From contig CAZYXJ010000001.1 in assembly GCA_964651115.1 (NCBI GenBank), positions 286,085 through 350,084 on the forward strand: a stretch of 64,000 bases of DNA, in the 5' to 3' direction. A program made the position numbers and the translations under genes. The notes below the pieces were generated by a model. The model did no database searches. It saw nothing but the letters and a program-made list of their open reading frames with translations, and was not told the origin of the DNA. The DNA comes from an uncultured Candidatus Saccharibacteria bacterium (GTDB taxonomy: Bacteria > Patescibacteriota > Minisyncoccia > Phycocordibacterales > JACOZG01). Of the stretch, positions 59,120-64,000 are shown one piece after another; the stretch's first letter is position 1, and each line of letters begins with the position of its first letter.

Positions 59120-61264
59120 TTATTGCCGGGCCTCGATGATCTTCTGCGCCACATTCGCCGGTACAATTTCGTAACGATCAAACTCCATATTGAAGGTGCC
59201 GCGACCCTCCGTCATCGAGCGCAAAGCCGTCATGTAACCAAACATTTCAGAAAGTGGCACTCGGGCGCGGATCACCTTCGCCAAGCCGCGATCTTCCATA
59301 CTTTCGATCTGACCGCGCTTACCAGACAGGGAGCCAGTAATATCGCCCATGAACTTTTCCGGCACCACCACTTCCACCTTCATCACTGGTTCGAGGATTA
59401 CCGGCTTGGCTCGCTTAGCGGCGTCCTGCAAGGCCATCGAGCCAGCAATCTTAAAGGCCATTTCTGACGAGTCCACATCGTGGTAAGAACCATCGTAGAG
59501 CTCACAAGAGACGTCAACCAGCTGGAAGCCAGCGACTACACCACGTTCCAAACCTTCCTTTACTCCCTTCTCCGTCGGGCTAATAAATTCTTGAGGCACC
59601 ACGCCACCCTTAATCGAGTTAATAAATTCGAAGTGCGCTTCGCGCGAAACGTTTTTAGGAATCTTGGCCTCGGGATCGAGCGCCTCAAGAGGCTTAATCC
59701 GGATGCGCACGTGACCGTACTGACCACGACCACCCGATTGCTTAATATATTTACCTTCAGCTTCGGCTGGCGCGGTAATCGTTTCCTTATAAGCCACCTG
59801 CGGCTTGCCCACATTGGCCTCGACGTTAAACTCGCGCTTCATGCGGTCAACAATAATTTCCAAATGTAATTCGCCCATACCCGAGATAATCGTCTCGCCC
59901 GTCTCCTCGTCCGTCTTGATGCGGAAAGTCGGATCCTCATCGGCCAATTTCTTAAGCGCGATACCCATCTTTTCCTGATCGGCCTTAGTTTTTGGCTCAA
60001 TACGCAACGAAATAACCGGCTCCGGAATATCGATGCCTTCCAGCAAGATCGGATGGTTAGGATCACAGAGCGTATCGCCAGTTTTGGTATCCTTCATGCC
60101 CACGGTCGCGGCAATGTTGCCAGCAAAAATCTCCTTGATTTCCTGGCGCTCATTAGCGTGCAGACGCACGATGCGACTAATGCGCTCCTGCTGACCGGTG
60201 CGCGTATTCAAAACATAAGAACCAGCCGTTAATTTACCAGAATAAACGCGAAAGAAAGTAAGCGAACCAACAAATGGGTCGGCCGCGGTTTTAAAAGCGA
60301 GAGCCGAAAAGATACCTTCGTCAGTGGCCTGGACCAAAAGGGCTTCATTAGTTTTTTGATCAACGGCTTTAGTGGGCGGAATATCGACTGGTGAAGGCAG
60401 GTAATAAGCCACGCCATCGAGGACTAATTGGACACCCTTGTTCTTGAGGGCCGAGCCACAAAAGACTGGGAAAATATGGTTAGCGATCGTCGCGTGACGT
60501 AAAATCTCGCGTAACTTTGGCAGAGAGATCTCCTTACCCTCCAAATAATCATTCATCGCGACATCGTCATGTTCAACGATTCTCTCCACCATCGTGGCAC
60601 GCTCTTTGGTAGCCAAATCTTTAAGCGAATCCGGGATCTGACCGCGAATAATCTTTTCCCCCTTATCGCCCTCAAAGGTTACATACTCCATCGTCATCAA
60701 ATCGACAATGCCCTTAAATTGGTCCTCGTGCCCATCAGGAATTTGAACCTTAACGGCCTTAGGTGACAAACGGTCCAAAATTGATTGGAACGAACGCTCG
60801 AAAGAGGCGCCCGTCCGATCGAGTTTGTTGATAAAACAAATTCGCGGCACCTTATAATCATCGGCGTAATGCCAGTTAGTTTCTGATTGCGGTTCAACGC
60901 CCGCCACACCATCAAAGACCACCACCGCGCCGTCGAGCACACGCAAACTGCGCTTTACCTCGATCGTAAAGTCGATGTGCCCAGGAGTGTCGATAATATT
61001 GAGCTTAACCTTCTGAGACTCTTTCTCGCTCTCACCGGCCTGGGTCGGGGTCCAAAAAGCGGTGGTCGCGGCGGCGGTAATGGTAATGCCACGCTCCTTC
61101 TCTTGCTCCATCCAGTCCATGGTGGCGGCTCCTTCGTGCACCTCGCCAATCTTATGTGACAAACCAGTATAAAAAAGAATGCGCTCCGACGTTGTCGTCT
61201 TGCCCGCATCAATGTGGGCAATCACACCAAAATTACGAATCTTCTCAATGGGATAATCTGCCAT
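59120..61264 (-). CDS. fusA: elongation factor G
   Basis: [11 protein letters not shown]-domain. Length 714 aa. Confidence 0.97.
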   Translation of the reverse strand: MADYPIEKIRNFGVIAHIDAGKTTTSERILFYTGLSHKIGEVHEGAATMDWMEQEKERGITITAAATTAFWTPTQAGESEKESQKVKLNIIDTPGHIDFTIEVKRSLRVLDGAVVVFDGVAGVEPQSETNWHYADDYKVPRICFINKLDRTGASFERSFQSILDRLSPKAVKVQIPDGHEDQFKGIVDLMTMEYVTFEGDKGEKIIRGQIPDSLKDLATKERATMVERIVEHDDVAMNDYLEGKEISLPKLREILRHATIANHIFPVFCGSALKNKGVQLVLDGVAYYLPSPVDIPPTKAVDQKTNEALLVQATDEGIFSALAFKTAADPFVGSLTFFRVYSGKLTAGSYVLNTRTGQQERISRIVRLHANERQEIKEIFAGNIAATVGMKDTKTGDTLCDPNHPILLEGIDIPEPVISLRIEPKTKADQEKMGIALKKLADEDPTFRIKTDEETGETIISGMGELHLEIIVDRMKREFNVEANVGKPQVAYKETITAPAEAEGKYIKQSGGRGQYGHVRIRIKPLEALDPEAKIPKNVSREAHFEFINSIKGGVVPQEFISPTEKGVKEGLERGVVAGFQLVDVSCELYDGSYHDVDSSEMAFKIAGSMALQDAAKRAKPVILEPVMKVEVVVPEKFMGDITGSLSGKRGQIESMEDRGLAKVIRARVPLSEMFGYMTALRSMTEGRGTFNMEFDRYEIVPANVAQKIIEARQ

Positions 61265-61305
61265 GATAATTAAAACCTAATATTAAATTTTATAGTAACA
61301 AATTT

Positions 61306-61791
61306 TTAAGCCCGAGGAGCGCTGGAGCGGGCAAAGTGGGCAAAAGCGCGGTTGGCTTCGGCCATTTTGTGAACGTTCTCACGCTTCTTAACTGCCTCAC
61401 CCTCATTCTTGCTGGCGGCAATAATCTCATCAGCTAAACGACTTTGCATTGGCTTGCCACCCTTGCCGCGAGCGAATTCGATCAACCAACGGAGAGACAG
61501 GGCCAAGCGGCGCTCGGGACTAACCTCGTGAGGAATCTGATAGTTAGCACCACCAACCCGTCGCGTCTTGATCTCCATGAGCGGGCCGGCATTCTTAAGG
61601 GCATCTTCGTAAACCTCAAGCGGATCACGCTTAGTTTTTTCGGCAATCTCAGCGAAAGCGCCATAGACAATACCGCTGGCGATATGTTTGTGGCCCTTCT
61701 CCATAATATAGTTCATCAGTTTAGCCACCTTCGGTGAATTAAACTTCTGGTCGGGATTAACTAAACGCTTGGACTTGAGTTTGCGACGCAT
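61306..61791 (-). CDS. rpsG: 30S ribosomal protein S7
   Basis: 161 aa, in the conserved S7 position. Confidence 0.95.
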   Translation of the reverse strand: MRRKLKSKRLVNPDQKFNSPKVAKLMNYIMEKGHKHIASGIVYGAFAEIAEKTKRDPLEVYEDALKNAGPLMEIKTRRVGGANYQIPHEVSPERRLALSLRWLIEFARGKGGKPMQSRLADEIIAASKNEGEAVKKRENVHKMAEANRAFAHFARSSAPRA

Positions 61792-61797
61792 AAAGGA

Positions 61798-62211
61798 TTA
61801 TTTCTTAGGCTTCTTGGCACCATACTTGGATCGGCCTTGCATGCGCTTCTCGACGCCTTCGGCATCCAAACGGCCACGAACGATGTGGTAACGAACGCCC
61901 GGCAAGTCCTTAACGCGACCACCGCGGATCACCACCACCGAGTGCTCTTGGAGCTTGTGACCAATACCAGGGATGTAGGCCGTCACTTCCATGCCATTAG
62001 TTAGACGGACGCGAGCAATTTTACGAATCGCCGAGTTAGGCTTTTTAGGAGTGGTCGTCTTAACTTGCGTGCAAACTCCACGCTTAAATGGCGAAGGATA
62101 GTAGACTGGACGATTGTGAATCGTGTTGACGCCGCGCGCCAAAGCCGTCGCTTGAGATTTGCGACGGATCTGCTTGCGACCCCGGCGGACAAGTTGATTA
62201 ATCGTGGCCAT
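61798..62211 (-). CDS. rpsL: 30S ribosomal protein S12
   Basis: [13 protein letters not shown]... and the PKKPNSA loop. Confidence 0.95.
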   Translation of the reverse strand: MATINQLVRRGRKQIRRKSQATALARGVNTIHNRPVYYPSPFKRGVCTQVKTTTPKKPNSAIRKIARVRLTNGMEVTAYIPGIGHKLQEHSVVVIRGGRVKDLPGVRYHIVRGRLDAEGVEKRMQGRSKYGAKKPKK

Positions 62212-62355
62212 AGAACGTAGGGTACACTCTAATATACCGCTTTAAATAATGCAAGAGGAATTAGACGGAAATGATTGACGACGGCACCGCTGGGGGTCTA
62301 AAGTAGAGGTAGCCCAAGCTCAGAACCTTCCTTTTTATTTTTAAGGAGAACGGAT

Positions 62356-62544
62356 ATGGACGGACCCGGACCGTTCGGCCCAGGAAAGCCCCCACGAGTT
62401 AACCTAGCGGCTCTAGGCCAAGCTCCCCGACCAATCGCGGCCAAGCCAGAATCACCCGCAGGCCAGCACCAACAATTAGTCGAACTGGGCCAAATCGCCC
62501 TAGAAAAAATCCTAGAAAATAAAAAACCTGGCAAAAGCGGCTAG
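62356..62544 (+). CDS. small Pro/Gly-rich protein (62 aa)
   Basis: Strong SD (AAGGAG 8 nt upstream) and a strong terminator directly after the stop. Product MDGPGPFGPGKPPRV... Confidence 0.45.
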   Translation: MDGPGPFGPGKPPRVNLAALGQAPRPIAAKPESPAGQHQQLVELGQIALEKILENKKPGKSG

Positions 62545-62572
62545 CCCCGCCCGGCGTAGCCAGCTCGCGCCA

Positions 62573-62599
62573 CCGCTCCGAAGTTCGGAGCGGTTTTTT
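62573..62599 (+). terminator. rho-independent terminator
   Basis: ccgctccg-aagtt-cggagcgg hairpin followed by TTTTTT. Confidence 0.6.
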
Positions 62600-63212
62600 A
62601 AACCCCGGTTAACAAGCGGAAGAGTCCCTGGACGACCAAGCCCAAAAAATCAAATCTCGTCACCACTAGGACCAAGGCGATCAACAACGCAAATTGGTAG
62701 CGATAAGTCCAGGCCTCCAGCCAGCGCCAACGCCAGGGCAATAGAGCAAACAAGACCTTGGAACCATCAAGCGGCGGCAGGGGCAAAAGATTAAATACTC
62801 CCAACATTACATTGAGCAAAATGATCATTGAAACCAGTCCCAAGGCCGGTCCGCTAATAAGTTCTGAGGCCAAACTAAATCTCAAAAGCAGGCCAAAGAC
62901 CAGGGCCACCACAAAATTAGAGAGCGGCCCAGCCAAAGCCACCAAAGCGGGACCCCACTTGCCTCCCCGTAACTGATGGGGGTTATAGGGCACTGGCTTA
63001 GCCCAACCAAACACCAAGCCACCCAACCACACCAAGATCGCGGGCACCAAAACCGAACCCACGGGATCAATGTGGACTAGTGGATTAAGCGACAATCGTC
63101 CGGCCAACTTGGCGGTGGGATCGCCCAAAGCATAGGCCGCGTACCCGTGAGCTACCTCATGGATGACGACCGAGACAATCAAAATAGCAATAAAAAATAA
63201 GGATTCGATCAT
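62598..63212 (-). CDS. site-2 protease family (M50) membrane metalloprotease
   Basis: HEVAHG zinc motif and an LPLPPLDGS (LDG) motif. Polytopic membrane protein. Confidence 0.8.
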   Translation of the reverse strand: MIESLFFIAILIVSVVIHEVAHGYAAYALGDPTAKLAGRLSLNPLVHIDPVGSVLVPAILVWLGGLVFGWAKPVPYNPHQLRGGKWGPALVALAGPLSNFVVALVFGLLLRFSLASELISGPALGLVSMIILLNVMLGVFNLLPLPPLDGSKVLFALLPWRWRWLEAWTYRYQFALLIALVLVVTRFDFLGLVVQGLFRLLTGV

Positions 63213-63245
63213 GGCCTAGTTGCGCAATTACGGACTTATGGTAGC

Positions 63246-63464
63246 ATGATAGCCACGACTATGAAAATTTGTCCCCTATGTGCCAAAACGAGTGGAGTAG
63301 CTGGCGGTTATTCTAACCGGGTCCGTGCGACCAAGTTTAACCCCACCGGCAAGCGCCGCCAACAGCCCAATCTCCAATGGGCAACCTTAACGACTGGTCG
63401 CCGGATCAAAATCTGCACCAAGTGTCTTAAGGCCAACAAGCACCTAACGGTTAAGATAGCGTAA
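63246..63464 (+). CDS. rpmB: 50S ribosomal protein L28 (zinc-ribbon variant), tentative
   Basis: CPLC...YSNRVRATKFNP...QQPNLQ...CTKC resembles the L28 pattern (CxxC...NxxSHxxxxTKRRFxPN...CxxC). Confidence 0.5.
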   Translation: MIATTMKICPLCAKTSGVAGGYSNRVRATKFNPTGKRRQQPNLQWATLTTGRRIKICTKCLKANKHLTVKIA

Positions 63465-64000
63465 TTCTCGGCCATCAGTTTTAAAAACAATCGTCCCCCG
63501 CTCGACCGTCTTAACGACGGTCGAGCTTGTTTTGGCCACCCTAGCCAAAAGTTCGGGATGAGGATGGCCGTAGCGATTTTTTGCCCCCGCCGAAATAATC
63601 GTCCAATCCGGATTAACCGCCGCCAACCAATCATCGCCCGTCGACGTGCGCGAACCGTGATGACCGGCCTTAAGTACATCAGCCCCGAGCGTCTCGGGAG
63701 CGGCAAGCAAGCGCCGCTCCACCGAGAGCGGCGCGTCACCAGTTAATAAAAATTCGTGCTGGCCATACACCAGTCGCGCCACGATCGAAGCCTCATTCGT
63801 CTCCCAACCACTCGGATCACGATCGGGAAATAAAATTTCCAACCGCGCGCCGCCACCCAACTCCACCACCTGACCTCGCCGCGCCAGGAGCAAAGTAGCT
63901 GGTTCGCGCTCAACTAAATCCCGCAGGTTATCATCTAAACGATTGTCCGATTCCACCCCCGACTCCATAAAACCGGCCACCTGATAACGCTTAAAAACAT
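63444..64000 (-). CDS. comEC: ComEC/Rec2-family DNA internalisation protein, C-terminal MBL domain (partial; upstream part beyond window end)
   Basis: KAGHHGSRTS motif typical of the ComEC beta-lactamase-like domain. The reading frame stays open through position 64000. Confidence 0.65.
   Translation of the reverse strand, partial: VFKRYQVAGFMESGVESDNRLDDNLRDLVEREPATLLLARRGQVVELGGGARLEILFPDRDPSGWETNEASIVARLVYGQHEFLLTGDAPLSVERRLLAAPETLGADVLKAGHHGSRTSTGDDWLAAVNPDWTIISAGAKNRYGHPHPELLARVAKTSSTVVKTVERGTIVFKTDGRELRYLNR

Noticed and set aside
62298-62534. 78-aa minus ORF
   Set aside because: It is antisense to the plus-strand small gene, which has a clear SD and terminator.

Overview
This 64-kb window is a gene-dense bacterial segment, mostly transcribed on the minus strand. 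Overall GC is estimated by eye at about 55%.

The content is consistent with a Patescibacteria/CPR-like organism, though this is not proven. The supporting signs are that L30 is absent from the spc cluster, several ribosomal proteins carry zinc-ribbon or terminal extensions, and there is a large type IV pilus plus competence gene set.

Main recognised blocks, in order:
- Three tRNAs: two with anticodon CAT and one tRNA-Asp.
- An M16 peptidase.
- ligA-gatC-gatA.
- A 10.7-kb type IV pilus / DNA-uptake cluster: pilM, pilN, pilO, pilB, a CheY-like receiver, pilT, pilC, the major pilin, pilD and three pseudopilins. comFC lies divergently next to it, and a ComEC fragment sits at the window end.
- rarA, pyrD-like and recG.
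- tRNA-Ile with anticodon UAU.
- A PAS / GAF / FtsH / YibE-F / histidine kinase / response regulator signalling block.
- smpB followed by tmRNA.
- infC-rpmI-rplT.
- The S10-spc-str ribosomal super-operon, read on the minus strand in the order rpsL, rpsG, fusA, tuf, rpsJ, rplC, rplD, rplW, rplB, then an inserted segment of about 4.7 kb between rplB and rpsS, then rpsS through rplO, secY, adk, map and ndk.

Most unusual observations:
- A 4.7-kb insertion inside the S10 operon between rplB and rpsS. It encodes an 803-aa secreted protein built from three copies of a roughly 100-aa cysteine-pair repeat, two paralogous secreted proteins with dockerin-like calcium-loop repeats, and a membrane protein. 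A sigma70-like promoter and a 5-prime hairpin have been placed in front of rpsS.
- A high-GC cassette of about 0.45 kb inserted between fusA and tuf. It carries a small secreted Pro/Ala-rich ORF with a strong SD, its own terminator and a promoter that would drive tuf.
- A low-GC DKNYY-repeat gene beside tRNA-Ser.
- A HEPN-like membrane protein next to an unknown protein in a GC-rich segment.
- A GIY-YIG nuclease gene in an AT-rich segment directly downstream of ssrA.
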